From the IMG/VR virus record IMGVR_UViG_3300027804_002057: DNA of 64,000 nt; one strand, given 5' to 3'. The translations under genes were made by a program, and so were the position numbers. Origin of the DNA: a virus. This document shows, piece by piece, positions 26,749-37,514 of the stretch (within the stretch, counting starts at the first letter, position 1; the number at the start of each line of letters is the position of its first letter). Under the pieces are notes generated by a model. That model was given only the letters and a program-made list of their open reading frames with translations, made no database searches and was not told the origin of the DNA.

Positions 26749-28112
26749 TATTTATTATAATTTTCTAAGTAATATTTTAAATCTTCAGGTGTTCCCAATC
26801 CCCACATCTTATCAATATTGAATGTTTTAATTTTCTTCCCATCACCAATTGCTTCATTGAAAGTTGGACAAGTATAAAACTCATTGTTAGTTCTGATATT
26901 CTTACTAATCATTTGCTCTGCATATTTTACATAATCAGAACCTTTAGCCCAATAGTAAACACCAACAGTTGCTATATCTGAAATTGGGTTTTTCTCTGCT
27001 ACTTCGATAACATATCCATATTCATCCACTTTAGCGAATGACCATTTTGGATGTGTTGCTTTAAATGTAACAATTCCACCATCTACTTTTTGTTCAATCA
27101 TTTTGTACATAAATTCATTAGAATCCCATTCTACAAATTGGTCAGAGTTTGCCATCAATAACGGAGAATCATTATCAATGTATTCTTTTGCCAATAGAGT
27201 TGTACAAGCTGCTCCTTCAGTCAAACCATCTACTTCCACAATTTTACAATTGGGAGTGATTAGATTTAATAAAGTATCTAAGTTGTATTTCTCTCTATGT
27301 TCTTTTTGTACTACATAAATAAATGTAGCATCTATGTTTAGGTTATCAACAACTACTTGAATCATTGGTTTTCCTTCCACATCGATTAGTGGTTTTGGAA
27401 ATGTATAACCTGCTTGTTGGAATCTACTTCCAGCTCCAGCCATTGGGATAAGTACATTCATCTTACCACCTTGCCATTTTGGTATGCTCATAGTTTTAGT
27501 TTCCTCTAATTTACGAATAATTTTTGATATTACCAAATCTTTTGGAGAATCTACTCTCAAAACATTTGCTCTACTTCTACTTGCGGCTAGTAATCCATGT
27601 GGAGAATCTTCTACAATAAGAGTTTCTTCTGGCAATACACCCATCATACTCATTGTTTTCCAATACATCTCAGGATGTGGTTTAGAATTCTTTACATCCT
27701 CATTAGAAAGGATTAAGTCCATATACTCAATTATACCTATCTTTGCTAACATAACCAACACAGACCTTCTAATTGAGTTTGAAGCAACTGCTAATTTATA
27801 TCCCCTATCTCTTAGTTCTTTAAACAACTCAATCTTTTGCAAATCAGGTTGTAATTGTGAAATAGCTTCAATAGTTAAGTGTTGCTTTCTATACCAAATA
27901 TCATCATAGAACTCCGGATGCAATCCTTTGTTCTTAGTAAGTAATTCAAGCTTTTGAGTTGTCTTTAATCCATCGTAGGTAGATAGATGCTCAGCTTCAG
28001 TAATTATATATTTCTCATCAATTTCTTTTAATGCTTGATTTAATGTATCGTAATGTATTTGCTTTGCTTCTATCAATACACCATCTAAATCAAAGATAAT
28101 CAATTTTATCAT
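26748..28112 (-). CDS. Fusion: HAD phosphatase plus sugar nucleotidyltransferase
   Basis: IFDLDGVL, KPHPE, VEDS; then LIPMAGAGSRF...PKPLIDV, ANSDQ, LGTPEDL. Confidence 0.88.
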   Translation of the reverse strand: MIKLIIFDLDGVLIEAKQIHYDTLNQALKEIDEKYIITEAEHLSTYDGLKTTQKLELLTKNKGLHPEFYDDIWYRKQHLTIEAISQLQPDLQKIELFKELRDRGYKLAVASNSIRRSVLVMLAKIGIIEYMDLILSNEDVKNSKPHPEMYWKTMSMMGVLPEETLIVEDSPHGLLAASRSRANVLRVDSPKDLVISKIIRKLEETKTMSIPKWQGGKMNVLIPMAGAGSRFQQAGYTFPKPLIDVEGKPMIQVVVDNLNIDATFIYVVQKEHREKYNLDTLLNLITPNCKIVEVDGLTEGAACTTLLAKEYIDNDSPLLMANSDQFVEWDSNEFMYKMIEQKVDGGIVTFKATHPKWSFAKVDEYGYVIEVAEKNPISDIATVGVYYWAKGSDYVKYAEQMISKNIRTNNEFYTCPTFNEAIGDGKKIKTFNIDKMWGLGTPEDLKYYLENYNK

Positions 28113-28867
28113 GGAAGTGCTTTTAGATGTTTACCAACTTTTGTTACTCCTTTATGTTGAACTGCAATTGTTGCACATTCGTTACCATAAAGTATCGCAC
28201 TTTCAATATCATTTGTTCTACAATATTGTATTGCTAATGCTGAAATAAATGTATCCCCTGCTCCACTATTATCTCTTACTTCTACTTCCTGAACTCTATA
28301 CTCTTTATCCATATATTTACAACCCTTACCACTCATAGTTACAATTAACTTATCGTAGAATTCTTTAAAGTATTGTCCAGCTGCGATATTGTTTTCATAC
28401 TCATGCTCATTTATTTTAATGAACCTAGCACCTAACATCTTTTCATTAACAATCTTTTTAGTATCAATGAAAACAGTGTCATGCTTTGAACAAATGTATT
28501 CAATATCCTCATACTCTAAGAATCCTTTATTGTAATCTGATATGATAATTGCACAATAATCTGAATATGGTATATGTTCCAATCCTTCTACTCTTTGTGA
28601 TTTAGCAGAATCCGAATCTACTCTAATGATTTGATGATTTGTTTTTTCTTCAACATATCTAGTCTTAGTAATAACTTCCGAATTAGTAACTAAATCAACT
28701 TCAACACCCAATGATTCTATGTTTTCATAAACATTAGCTGCCATACCACCTGTTTCAGTCTTTCTTTGTGGAATGAATACAGGTACAGGAGCTTCAGGGC
28801 AAAGTCTATTTGCTTTACCATAAATGAATACATCTTTACAACCATCTCCTATAACTAATATTTTCAT
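28109..28867 (-). CDS. PfkB-family sugar kinase, HldE/RfaE kinase-domain-like
   Basis: RLCPEAPVPV, GGMAANV, ISDYNKG, DNSGAGDTF. Confidence 0.85.
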   Translation of the reverse strand: MKILVIGDGCKDVFIYGKANRLCPEAPVPVFIPQRKTETGGMAANVYENIESLGVEVDLVTNSEVITKTRYVEEKTNHQIIRVDSDSAKSQRVEGLEHIPYSDYCAIIISDYNKGFLEYEDIEYICSKHDTVFIDTKKIVNEKMLGARFIKINEHEYENNIAAGQYFKEFYDKLIVTMSGKGCKYMDKEYRVQEVEVRDNSGAGDTFISALAIQYCRTNDIESAILYGNECATIAVQHKGVTKVGKHLKALP

Positions 28868-28879
28868 AACTTTTTAATT

Positions 28880-29284
28880 TTACCAACTAATTTCCCAATC
28901 TTTAAAATCTGCTGCTAAGCAATCAATTTTATAATCCTTTCTACCACCCATAACTTCCTGAATCTTATTCTTAGCTACATTACGGATACCATTCAATCCA
29001 TGTGTTAATTCTAAGTTGTTACCATCTTTGATTCCCTTACGATAGTTTGATTCGTTGTGCCAAATGTGTAAGTTCATTTGAGATAATACCACAATTGCTC
29101 TGATTGTTTCTGCTGTAATTGGTTCTTTTGTTTCATTTAAATACAATTGTATATCATGCACAATTGCTTTAATTTCTTCAGAATATTCTGCTTTGTGTTC
29201 AGCGATAAACACTTCTTTTAATTGAACGATACTCAAGCGGTCAATTAATTCACTTAACGTAGGTAGATACTTTCTTTCTTCCAT
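28880..29284 (-). CDS. Helical hypothetical protein of glycan loci
   Basis: SELIDRLSIVQLK...NLHIWHNE...LNGIRNVAKNKI. Confidence 0.65.
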   Translation of the reverse strand: MEERKYLPTLSELIDRLSIVQLKEVFIAEHKAEYSEEIKAIVHDIQLYLNETKEPITAETIRAIVVLSQMNLHIWHNESNYRKGIKDGNNLELTHGLNGIRNVAKNKIQEVMGGRKDYKIDCLAADFKDWEISW

Positions 29285-29285
29285 A

Positions 29286-30224
29286 TTATAAATTTGTAAA
29301 GTTTTGATTGTTTTTATTTACTACTAATTTGTATGCTTCTATTAGTTGTTTGATTCCATAATCCAAATCATAGATTGGTTTCCAACCTAATGATTCTAAT
29401 TTCTCATTTGATACGATATAATTTCTCTTATCAAAATCTTCTTTGAAATCATCTTGCTTAATTACCAAAGATGGAATGTGTGATTTAATCTTCTCTGCTA
29501 ATTCCAATTTAGATAAGTTAGCAGTTGATAACCCCACATTAAATGCCTGCCCTTTACATTTATCATAATTCTCAATAATGAATTGGAATGTACGAGCTAT
29601 ATCCTGAACGTGGATGTAGTTTCTTTTAAAGTGTGCTTCGAACAATACTAAGTATCCATCTACTACACTCTTATATGTAAAGTCATTTACCAAAAGGTCA
29701 GTTCTCATACGAGGTGATACACCAAATACAGTTGCTAATCTTAATGATACGCCATTTCCTTTTGCTAGCATTGCGTTTTCAGCATCACACTTAGTTGTTG
29801 CGTATAATGATAAAGGTTTGAATGGAGATTCTTCTGTAATGATTGAATCCGATGACCCGTATTGTGAATTAGTATTAGGTAAGATTAACTTTTGGTCATC
29901 TCTTAATACTTCTAATACATCAGCCACTTGCTGATAATTCACAGCCACCGTTAATTCTGGATTAGCTTTACATGCAGGCATACCTACAATCGCTGCTAAT
30001 GGAATTATTACGTTGTGTTCACTAACTAACTTTTGTAACAATTCTTTATTTCTAACATCACCCAATTCAAATTTGAAACCATCTCTTTTGAATAGATGTA
30101 AGAGTGATAATTGGTCATACATTAAGTTGTCCAATACCGTAACTTCATAATTGTTATTTAATAAGTGTTCTGCCAATGTAGAACCTAAATAACCTGCTCC
30201 GCCTGTGATTAAAACTTTATTCAT
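29286..30224 (-). CDS. NAD-dependent nucleotide-sugar epimerase/dehydratase
   Basis: ITGGAGYLGS, LAAIVG, YATTK, LRLATVFGVSPRMR. Confidence 0.88.
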   Translation of the reverse strand: MNKVLITGGAGYLGSTLAEHLLNNNYEVTVLDNLMYDQLSLLHLFKRDGFKFELGDVRNKELLQKLVSEHNVIIPLAAIVGMPACKANPELTVAVNYQQVADVLEVLRDDQKLILPNTNSQYGSSDSIITEESPFKPLSLYATTKCDAENAMLAKGNGVSLRLATVFGVSPRMRTDLLVNDFTYKSVVDGYLVLFEAHFKRNYIHVQDIARTFQFIIENYDKCKGQAFNVGLSTANLSKLELAEKIKSHIPSLVIKQDDFKEDFDKRNYIVSNEKLESLGWKPIYDLDYGIKQLIEAYKLVVNKNNQNFTNL

Positions 30225-31197
30225 TTTCTATTCTATTTTTTATGTTGTTATATACATTTGTCATTCCATCTTTTAAAGATGTTTGTGCTTCCCATCCTAA
30301 TTCTTCTTTTACTTTAGATACATCACACCATTGTCCCCAAATAACTGTTTTCTTATTAGTATCCCACTCAACCTCTATATCCTTTCCACTAATCTCAACA
30401 GCTGTTTTTGCTATATCTTCAATAGTACATCTTTCTCCTTTACCCACATTATAAGGTCCAACTAATTGTTTGGTATCCATTGCTTCAATCATTTTTTCAA
30501 TACAATCTAAAGCATCATCAATATAACAATAAGAACGAGTCTCTTTACCAGTTCCCCAAACTTTAAATGGAACTTCAGGATATTTGATTGCTCTATGTGA
30601 AAATACAGGAATTACTGAGCCAGTTTCTAATCCATAATCTTGATTTGGTCCATAGATACCAATGAATCTTGCTATTGCTGCTTTTAACCAATCGTTTTCA
30701 ACAATTGCTGCTTCAATTGATTTTTCACCAATCAACTTTGCCCAACCATATGTTAGTTCGGGATTTGCTGGGTAAGCATCTGATTCTTTAATCATTGGTG
30801 AATCTGCTACCATTTGTAATTCTTTTGGATAAATGTGTGCAGATGATGCGTAAAAGTATGTATCTATTTTATGTTCTAATACTGCTTTTAAAACATTTGC
30901 ATCCATTTCCATATTTGTTTTCATAACATCATATGGTTTATCCAAATATACACCAATACCACCAACCTTAGAAGCCAAATGAATTACAATATCTTTATCT
31001 TCAAAGAATTGTTGCATTACTTCGTAATTTGTCAAGTCACATACAATCAATTTTAATGATTTAACATTTTCAACAAATTCTACTTTACCTCTTTCTAAAT
31101 TATCCATAGCGGTTACTTCATGTCCTCTTTCAATTAATTTTTTAACCAAATGTGAACCAATAAATCCCGCTCCGCCTGTAACTAATATTCGTTTCAT
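30217..31197 (-). CDS. NAD-dependent epimerase, GDP-mannose 3,5-epimerase-like
   Basis: TGGAGFIGSH, HLASKVGG, ASSAHIYP, YGWAK, VWGTGKETRSY. Confidence 0.8.
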   Translation of the reverse strand: MKRILVTGGAGFIGSHLVKKLIERGHEVTAMDNLERGKVEFVENVKSLKLIVCDLTNYEVMQQFFEDKDIVIHLASKVGGIGVYLDKPYDVMKTNMEMDANVLKAVLEHKIDTYFYASSAHIYPKELQMVADSPMIKESDAYPANPELTYGWAKLIGEKSIEAAIVENDWLKAAIARFIGIYGPNQDYGLETGSVIPVFSHRAIKYPEVPFKVWGTGKETRSYCYIDDALDCIEKMIEAMDTKQLVGPYNVGKGERCTIEDIAKTAVEISGKDIEVEWDTNKKTVIWGQWCDVSKVKEELGWEAQTSLKDGMTNVYNNIKNRIENE

Positions 31198-31982
31198 TAT
31201 ATCCAATTTAATCCGTTTTGAAATTCAATACAATCATTAGTAATATTATTATCAATAATATATGGTATTAATTCAGTATTAACGTATCCTACGTCAGTAC
31301 CACTATTAAAAAATTGTTTAAAGTTATTTTCTGTCATAAAACTATCAAATTCAGATAAGCATTCTGATTGGGATTTTTCACCTTCATATGCAGAATGAGC
31401 GTAATATTCTGAAAATACAAAACATACTTTATTTAAAAACTTACCACAACTTTTAACAACATTTAAATCATTTGATTGCGTATCTGTTTTTAAAAATTCA
31501 ATTACCGGTATTTGTTCAAACGGAAAGTTTTCTAAAATAGTTTCTAATGATACAACATCAACATCAACTTCAAATTCAGTTTTTGCTCCATTTAATCTTT
31601 CATCAATTGGTTTATGTAATGAAGAACATCCAGTGTTTGTTATATCAGTACAATAAAATGTTTTCTTACATATTTCAGAAACATTATCAATTGCAACTTC
31701 CATTCCCTTAAAATAATTACCCTTTTCAACGTAGTTACACAATGTATCACCATTTCCAATTCTAACTATATTTTCATTTGCTACAATTTGAATTTCACCA
31801 GTAACAATAAATTTTCCATCCATTACTCTTTCATAGTTTACAGGATTTGGTTCAACACCAATTACTGCTATATCATCATATTTGTTTAACCAAAATGCTG
31901 CATTTGGGCCGGTTGATGACATCCCTACATCTATTCTTGCCCTTTTTATATTTTTAGGAATGCTATAATTTAAATCTATCAT
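31197..31982 (-). CDS. FkbM-like methyltransferase
   Basis: IDVG, GVEPNP, GCSSL, FLKTDTQSNDLNV. Confidence 0.75.
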   Translation of the reverse strand: MIDLNYSIPKNIKRARIDVGMSSTGPNAAFWLNKYDDIAVIGVEPNPVNYERVMDGKFIVTGEIQIVANENIVRIGNGDTLCNYVEKGNYFKGMEVAIDNVSEICKKTFYCTDITNTGCSSLHKPIDERLNGAKTEFEVDVDVVSLETILENFPFEQIPVIEFLKTDTQSNDLNVVKSCGKFLNKVCFVFSEYYAHSAYEGEKSQSECLSEFDSFMTENNFKQFFNSGTDVGYVNTELIPYIIDNNITNDCIEFQNGLNWI

Positions 31983-32929
31983 TACTTTCTAATATTATTT
32001 TTATTTTCTTTAAACCACTCAATTGTAGTTTTCAAACCATCTACTAATTTTGTATCAGGAACATATCCATATGCTTCTTTAAATTTATTCATATCATAGA
32101 ATCTTCTTGGTTGTCCATCTGGTCTATCGGAATTCCAAACAATTTCACCATCGTACCCAACTAAATTAGAAATAGTTTCTACCAATTCTTTAACAGTTGT
32201 TTCAACACCAGTTCCTAAATTGAAAGGGCCTGATTCTTTACATTCAACCGAATCTATAATTGCTTTAACTGCATCATCAACATAAAGAAATTCTCTAGTA
32301 GCCTTTCCAGTTCCCCAAACTTCAACTTTAGGTAAATTGTTATCCTTTGCTTCAATAAATTTTCTAATTAATGCAGGTACAACATGCGATGCTTCTAAAT
32401 TAAAATTATCTTCAGGTCCATATAAATTTGCTGGAAGTAATATTGTAGAATCAAATCCATATTGCTCTCTATATGCCCAACTTTGAATAATTAAATTTTT
32501 CTTAGCCAATGAGTATCCATATGAATTTTCATCAGGCAATCCTTGCCAAAATCCTTCTTCAGTAAATGGTACAGGCAAATGTTTTGGATAACCACATCCT
32601 GCTGCCAATGATACTACTTTTTCTGCACCATTTTCATACGCAGTATGCATTACAAATATACCCATTGTAATATTATCATAAAAGAATTCTGCTGGTTTTG
32701 CTTTGTTGATTGCTACTCCACCAACTTTACCTGCTAAGTGAAATACAATTTGTGGTGAATGTAATTCAAAATAAGTTTTAACATCCAATTGCTTTGTTAA
32801 ATTTAATTCTTCTGATGATGGTGTTAATAGATTATCAGCACCCATTCCTTTCAAAACTCTAACCAATGCTTTACCAACAAATCCATTAGCTCCTGTTATT
32901 AATATTTTTTTATTTATCCAGCTTTTCAT
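31982..32929 (-). CDS. fcl: GDP-L-fucose synthase family (Fcl/WcaG) paralogue 1
   Basis: HLAGKVGG, YSLAK, PANLYGPEDNF, SHVVPALIRKF, VWGTGKATREFLYVDD. Confidence 0.85.
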   Translation of the reverse strand: MKSWINKKILITGANGFVGKALVRVLKGMGADNLLTPSSEELNLTKQLDVKTYFELHSPQIVFHLAGKVGGVAINKAKPAEFFYDNITMGIFVMHTAYENGAEKVVSLAAGCGYPKHLPVPFTEEGFWQGLPDENSYGYSLAKKNLIIQSWAYREQYGFDSTILLPANLYGPEDNFNLEASHVVPALIRKFIEAKDNNLPKVEVWGTGKATREFLYVDDAVKAIIDSVECKESGPFNLGTGVETTVKELVETISNLVGYDGEIVWNSDRPDGQPRRFYDMNKFKEAYGYVPDTKLVDGLKTTIEWFKENKNNIRK

Positions 32930-32940
32930 ATTTTTTTAAA

Positions 32941-33501
32941 TTATTTTTTTATAGTCCACCAAGAAGCCTTTGCTCCATCATGACAAGTATCGGAATAATC
33001 AATTCCTTCAACTCCAGTTACATTAAGTTCTAAACCATTACTTTCTACAAACTCATTTACAGAATTAACTACACCAGGCCAATCTCCACTATGATAATCA
33101 TGTCCAGAAATAATACCACCTATTTTTAATTTTGGATACCAACCTTCTATATCTGCTTTTACAGATTCATAATCATGCAAACCATCTATGTAAACAAAGT
33201 CTAAACTATTGTCTTCAAACATTTCAGCTGCTGATGGTGAGTATCCCTTTACCATTTCAGCTCTATCACCATATGCGTTAAATAAACTTTTACAAGTATT
33301 ATATGCTTCTTCTGCACCATGCTCTAATTCAACATTCTTTTCCCAAGGGTCTACTGCAAATAACTTTTCAACATTTGAGTTATCCAAAATATATTTACTA
33401 AAATAACCTTCTCTAACACCAACTTCTACAACAACTTTAGCGTTGATTGTGTTTAGATATTTAGCTAATTCTTTTCTATTTTTTAATTCTACCTTTTCCA
33501 T
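32941..33501 (-). CDS. Methyltransf_24 family methyltransferase
   Basis: VEVGVREG, VDPW, DFVYIDGLHDYESV, GGIISGHDY. Confidence 0.88.
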   Translation of the reverse strand: MEKVELKNRKELAKYLNTINAKVVVEVGVREGYFSKYILDNSNVEKLFAVDPWEKNVELEHGAEEAYNTCKSLFNAYGDRAEMVKGYSPSAAEMFEDNSLDFVYIDGLHDYESVKADIEGWYPKLKIGGIISGHDYHSGDWPGVVNSVNEFVESNGLELNVTGVEGIDYSDTCHDGAKASWWTIKK

Positions 33502-33502
33502 A

Positions 33503-34453
33503 TTATTTAATTAAATGTTTATTTTGATTATACCAATCAATTGTTTTTTTAAGGTTATTTTCTAAAGTATCTGGTACTATACTTTCCATCCAGCCAAATT
33601 TTTCTTTTGCTAAATCTATTTTTAATACTTTGTGCTTAACACCAACAAATCTATTGGTATTATAAAATATATTTCCATCATAACCTACCAAAGTTTTTAT
33701 TGTTTCAGCTAAATCTCTAATAGTAGTTGTTGAACCAGTTCCAATGTTTATAATTTCACCATCATAATCAATAACTGCTAACAATGCTTTAATCTGGTCT
33801 TCAACATAAATCAATTCTCTAGTTTGAGTACCATCTCCCCATACTTCAACTTCTGGTAAATTGTTATCTTTTGCTTCAACAAATTTTCTAATTAATGCTG
33901 ATACAACGTGCGCTTTTTCTCTATCAAATGAATCATGCGGTCCATACAATGTAGCAAAAACTACGGTAGTTCCTTTTAAACCATATTGCTCTTTATATGC
34001 TTTGATACCAGTTGTCATAACTTTCTTTGTTAATCCATAAATGTCAACTGATTCATGCATAGGGCCATCCCAATAATCAGTTTCACTTAATTCTTGTATA
34101 TCACCAGGGTATGAACAAGAACTACCAATACCAATTAATTTTGCTTGTGGTTGATATTTGTGCCAACAAGCAAATGTGTTTGTATGAATTTTACAATTAA
34201 TATCAAATTGTTCCGCTTTGTGTTTTAATGGCCAATCACCAGCACCCTGTAATACAGCTGCATGTATGATGTAATCATATTCTTTGTTAAAATCGGTGAA
34301 TGCTCTTTCTGCTTCAGATACTATTGATAAATCGTAGTTAGACCCAAAAAAGTCTGCTTCACCACCATTATCAATAACATATTTTACGAAATTCTTTCCT
34401 AAGAATCCAGTTCCACCCGTTACTAAAAACTTTTTACCTTTTACTATTTCCAT
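33503..34453 (-). CDS. GDP-L-fucose synthase family paralogue 2
   Basis: GSSCSYP, YGLTK, LYGPHDSF, AHVVSALIRKF, VWGDGTQTRE. Confidence 0.8.
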   Translation of the reverse strand: MEIVKGKKFLVTGGTGFLGKNFVKYVIDNGGEADFFGSNYDLSIVSEAERAFTDFNKEYDYIIHAAVLQGAGDWPLKHKAEQFDINCKIHTNTFACWHKYQPQAKLIGIGSSCSYPGDIQELSETDYWDGPMHESVDIYGLTKKVMTTGIKAYKEQYGLKGTTVVFATLYGPHDSFDREKAHVVSALIRKFVEAKDNNLPEVEVWGDGTQTRELIYVEDQIKALLAVIDYDGEIINIGTGSTTTIRDLAETIKTLVGYDGNIFYNTNRFVGVKHKVLKIDLAKEKFGWMESIVPDTLENNLKKTIDWYNQNKHLIK

Positions 34454-35385
34454 TTTTTATTGTTTTTTATATGTTCGTATAATTTTTTTGAAGTATAATT
34501 TAAACTTTTATTATAAGCGTTTTCAATTATGTGCTCATAATCTTTATAATTGTTAAGAATATCTTTTATCAATCCTTCCAATTCACTATTTTCATTGAAG
34601 TAAATGAAATCTTCATTTGGTGTATAATAATCTTCTATTATATTCCAATGGTCTCTTTTACACAAAATTAAACTTCTACTAAAAGCAGATTCATGTACTC
34701 TTTGCTTAAATTGAGGAACTCTACCATGCTCATCCATATATTGAAAAGCTGGATTTTCTTCCCATCTTTCATGCATTTTTACAATCTCTCTTTGGTCTGG
34801 TCTAAAGTGTAATAAATTATAGCATACAGATATTTTTGTTTTTGCAACAATATCTAATTTTTCTTTAAATGGTACATTATAATCAGTTGGTGTGTAAATA
34901 CCATTATACATTTGCTGAGAAACGAATCTATAATTAAATTTACTTATTTGCTGAATACACTCCGCATGGTCTATACCATGTATTCCACCAAAATAACAAA
35001 CATCATATATTTTTTCTTGTCTCTCAGGAATAATATCATCTCCAAATGGATAGAATATAGCTTCATGCCTTTCATCTCCAAAACAATCATTTAACCATTT
35101 TGCTGTATATGGACAAATAGTATATACTTTTGTGAAATATAATATTTGCTCAAATGCGTTTTGACCTGCTGGGTCAGCTGGAAATACGAATTCACAAGGT
35201 TGCCAAAGATTTAAAAGTTTTCTACTTTCAAATTGTTGATATTGTTTTTGTAAATCAAAATTTAATGTACAATTAATACCATACATCAAAACATCGTTAT
35301 CACTTTGTTCTGAATGTCTTTCTATTTTTAAATAATCATTTACTCCATCCGGCGTATCACCACCCATGTCTTTTACTACTAGCAT
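34444..35385 (-). CDS. GT-B glycosyltransferase (CgeB/YkvP-like)
   Basis: YDVCYFGG, KISVCYN, KQRVHESA, YYTPNEDFIYF C-terminal domain. Confidence 0.7.
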   Translation of the reverse strand: MLVVKDMGGDTPDGVNDYLKIERHSEQSDNDVLMYGINCTLNFDLQKQYQQFESRKLLNLWQPCEFVFPADPAGQNAFEQILYFTKVYTICPYTAKWLNDCFGDERHEAIFYPFGDDIIPERQEKIYDVCYFGGIHGIDHAECIQQISKFNYRFVSQQMYNGIYTPTDYNVPFKEKLDIVAKTKISVCYNLLHFRPDQREIVKMHERWEENPAFQYMDEHGRVPQFKQRVHESAFSRSLILCKRDHWNIIEDYYTPNEDFIYFNENSELEGLIKDILNNYKDYEHIIENAYNKSLNYTSKKLYEHIKNNKKWK

Positions 35386-36236
35386 AAAATATAATTTTTT
35401 GGATAAAATTTTTCTCTTTTTAAATCAGTATGGTCAGGGTGATACCACTCCGGAGCCACAACTATTTTATTTGGATTTTGATTTACATATGCCGCCCACC
35501 ATCCAAAGCTACTAGCGTGAGATAATATGTTATGGTCACAACTCATTATTCTACAATAATCATCAATTTGTTCTTGTCCTTCTGAAAACAAAAATCCATC
35601 TTCACCAAAAAATTGTTTACACCATTCTACATCAACACTATTATCCTCATTAAATCTCTGTCCACCTGTGAATACTAAAAACTTTACATTCTTACCTTCA
35701 AACACTTTCTTAGCTTTTTTAAAATATGTTTCATACATACCACCCGGCTCAAATGCTTGAATCAATCCAGTTTGTCCGTTTGTCATATTATCACCTCTCC
35801 TAACATGCACACTTACAATTTCACATTGATGCTTTTCTTTTAAGAAATCAATGTAATTCATTGCCTTATCCAAATATTCATTTTTTGGAGTAAGTTCTTT
35901 TTTAATTTGGTCTTCGATGTGTTCAAAATAAAATATACTTTGATAATAACCATCTATTGTTGTATTATCAGGTAGATTAAAAAAGTTTGGGTCATATTTT
36001 TGCCAAGATGGTTCTTCGTACATATGTTGTAGATTGTTAGCATCTTCTTGGGTTAAATAATCACATTCAATATTAAATCTATCTAACAAACAATTTTGAC
36101 CATGCCAACTCATTGTTTGAGGATTTGGTATTTTCATTTTATAACCATTTTTAGTAGCTAATCCTTTTAGTGCAGCGTACTGAAATAGTTGATTACCCAA
36201 TCTTCCGTTTTCTCCTAATCTATGAAACGTTACCAT
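35379..36236 (-). CDS. GT11 alpha-1,2-fucosyltransferase-like
   Basis: GRLGNQLFQYA, GYYQS, SVHVRRGD, CDHNI..SSFGWWAAY. Confidence 0.92.
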   Translation of the reverse strand: MVTFHRLGENGRLGNQLFQYAALKGLATKNGYKMKIPNPQTMSWHGQNCLLDRFNIECDYLTQEDANNLQHMYEEPSWQKYDPNFFNLPDNTTIDGYYQSIFYFEHIEDQIKKELTPKNEYLDKAMNYIDFLKEKHQCEIVSVHVRRGDNMTNGQTGLIQAFEPGGMYETYFKKAKKVFEGKNVKFLVFTGGQRFNEDNSVDVEWCKQFFGEDGFLFSEGQEQIDDYCRIMSCDHNILSHASSFGWWAAYVNQNPNKIVVAPEWYHPDHTDLKREKFYPKNYILC

Positions 36237-36238
36237 TA

Positions 36239-36877
36239 CTATAATCCTTTTAATTTAAAGTATCCAGAATGAACATCATGTGTGTTTGAAATCCAATCTA
36301 TTAATTCTTTTTTCTTATCATCGCTGAAGTGGAATTCTCCAACTATGTAATTTATTTTAGATAAATCTTTTCCTAATAAAAATTCATATTCAGAGCCTTC
36401 TACATCAACTTTTAATAAGTTTATGTTTCCATATTGTTCTATTATTGATTCGATAGATATTGTTCTTACCAAATCAATTGTATTATTTTTATCCCAACCC
36501 TCACCTTGAGGTCCTTTATATTCGATACACCCAACGTTTCCAGAATTACCAAAATGTTGTAAATTTTTAGTATCCCAAGGTTCATATGCAAACACATTAA
36601 TAAATTCATCTGCTTTTGACCAAACTGCTAATTTATTAACTTCTACTTCAGCTACTAAATCTTTTGTATTTTTAATACATTCTTCTACGTTTTCTTGAAA
36701 TACATCAAAGCAAACATATTTATCAAATCTATTTTTATGATTCATTTCAAAATCCCCAATATTACAACCAGCATCCACACATAAGCCACCTTTACATTCA
36801 TCAGGAACATTATACTTTGCTTCATTCATTATAAATGATTTCCAAGCATCTTTATTTTCTATACTAATATTTTTCAT
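36239..36877 (-). CDS. FkbM-like methyltransferase
   Basis: VDAGCNIG, LLKVDVEGSEY, IVGEFH. Confidence 0.85.
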   Translation of the reverse strand: MKNISIENKDAWKSFIMNEAKYNVPDECKGGLCVDAGCNIGDFEMNHKNRFDKYVCFDVFQENVEECIKNTKDLVAEVEVNKLAVWSKADEFINVFAYEPWDTKNLQHFGNSGNVGCIEYKGPQGEGWDKNNTIDLVRTISIESIIEQYGNINLLKVDVEGSEYEFLLGKDLSKINYIVGEFHFSDDKKKELIDWISNTHDVHSGYFKLKGL

Positions 36878-37509
36878 TATTCAATAACTTTATTATTTTT
36901 GAAAACAGTGAATTCGGTTAAATCTCTATAACCATTTAGTTCACCTTGGTCTGAATTATGATATGGTAGATTTTGCATTACTGCCAATCCATGTGCTGCT
37001 TGTTGTGGAGTCATATACATATTCCATCCTAAGAACTCAATATCATCATCCTTATAATACTTCTCACTTCTACCTTCATAACGAGCTCTCTTAAACCACT
37101 CAGCTGCTTTAGGGTCATCGGTAAGAATCATACCACCTTTCCAAATTGGTAATATCTTTTTAATATGGAATGATAATCCCATAAACTGACCAGGCATATA
37201 CATATCTTTTGTGAATCTCTTAGCCGCATCCCAAATTGGATATGGTTTTAATTGATATGCACCTACCCAATGATTTGTTTCAGGTCTCTTATCAAAGATA
37301 ACTTCACCACCAGCGTGTATAATTGATTGTGGTACTGAAAGGTACGTTTTAGATGGAATGGTTACCTCTTTAACTTCTAAGTACTTACAAATAAGGAATA
37401 GTGCATTTGTACAACTATCAATAGAAATAGCGTATGGTGCTCCAGTGTACTCAGCTACTTCTTCCTCAAACATCTTTACGATTTTGTATGGATTGTGTAA
37501 TTTTATCAT
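36877..37509 (-). CDS. Compact DegT/DnrJ/EryC1/StrS PLP-dependent sugar aminotransferase
   Basis: FEEEVAEYTGAPYAISIDSCTNAL, WDAA, LSFHIKK...GGMILTDD; about 210 aa. Confidence 0.8.
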   Translation of the reverse strand: MIKLHNPYKIVKMFEEEVAEYTGAPYAISIDSCTNALFLICKYLEVKEVTIPSKTYLSVPQSIIHAGGEVIFDKRPETNHWVGAYQLKPYPIWDAAKRFTKDMYMPGQFMGLSFHIKKILPIWKGGMILTDDPKAAEWFKRARYEGRSEKYYKDDDIEFLGWNMYMTPQQAAHGLAVMQNLPYHNSDQGELNGYRDLTEFTVFKNNKVIE

Positions 37510-37514
37510 AGTTT

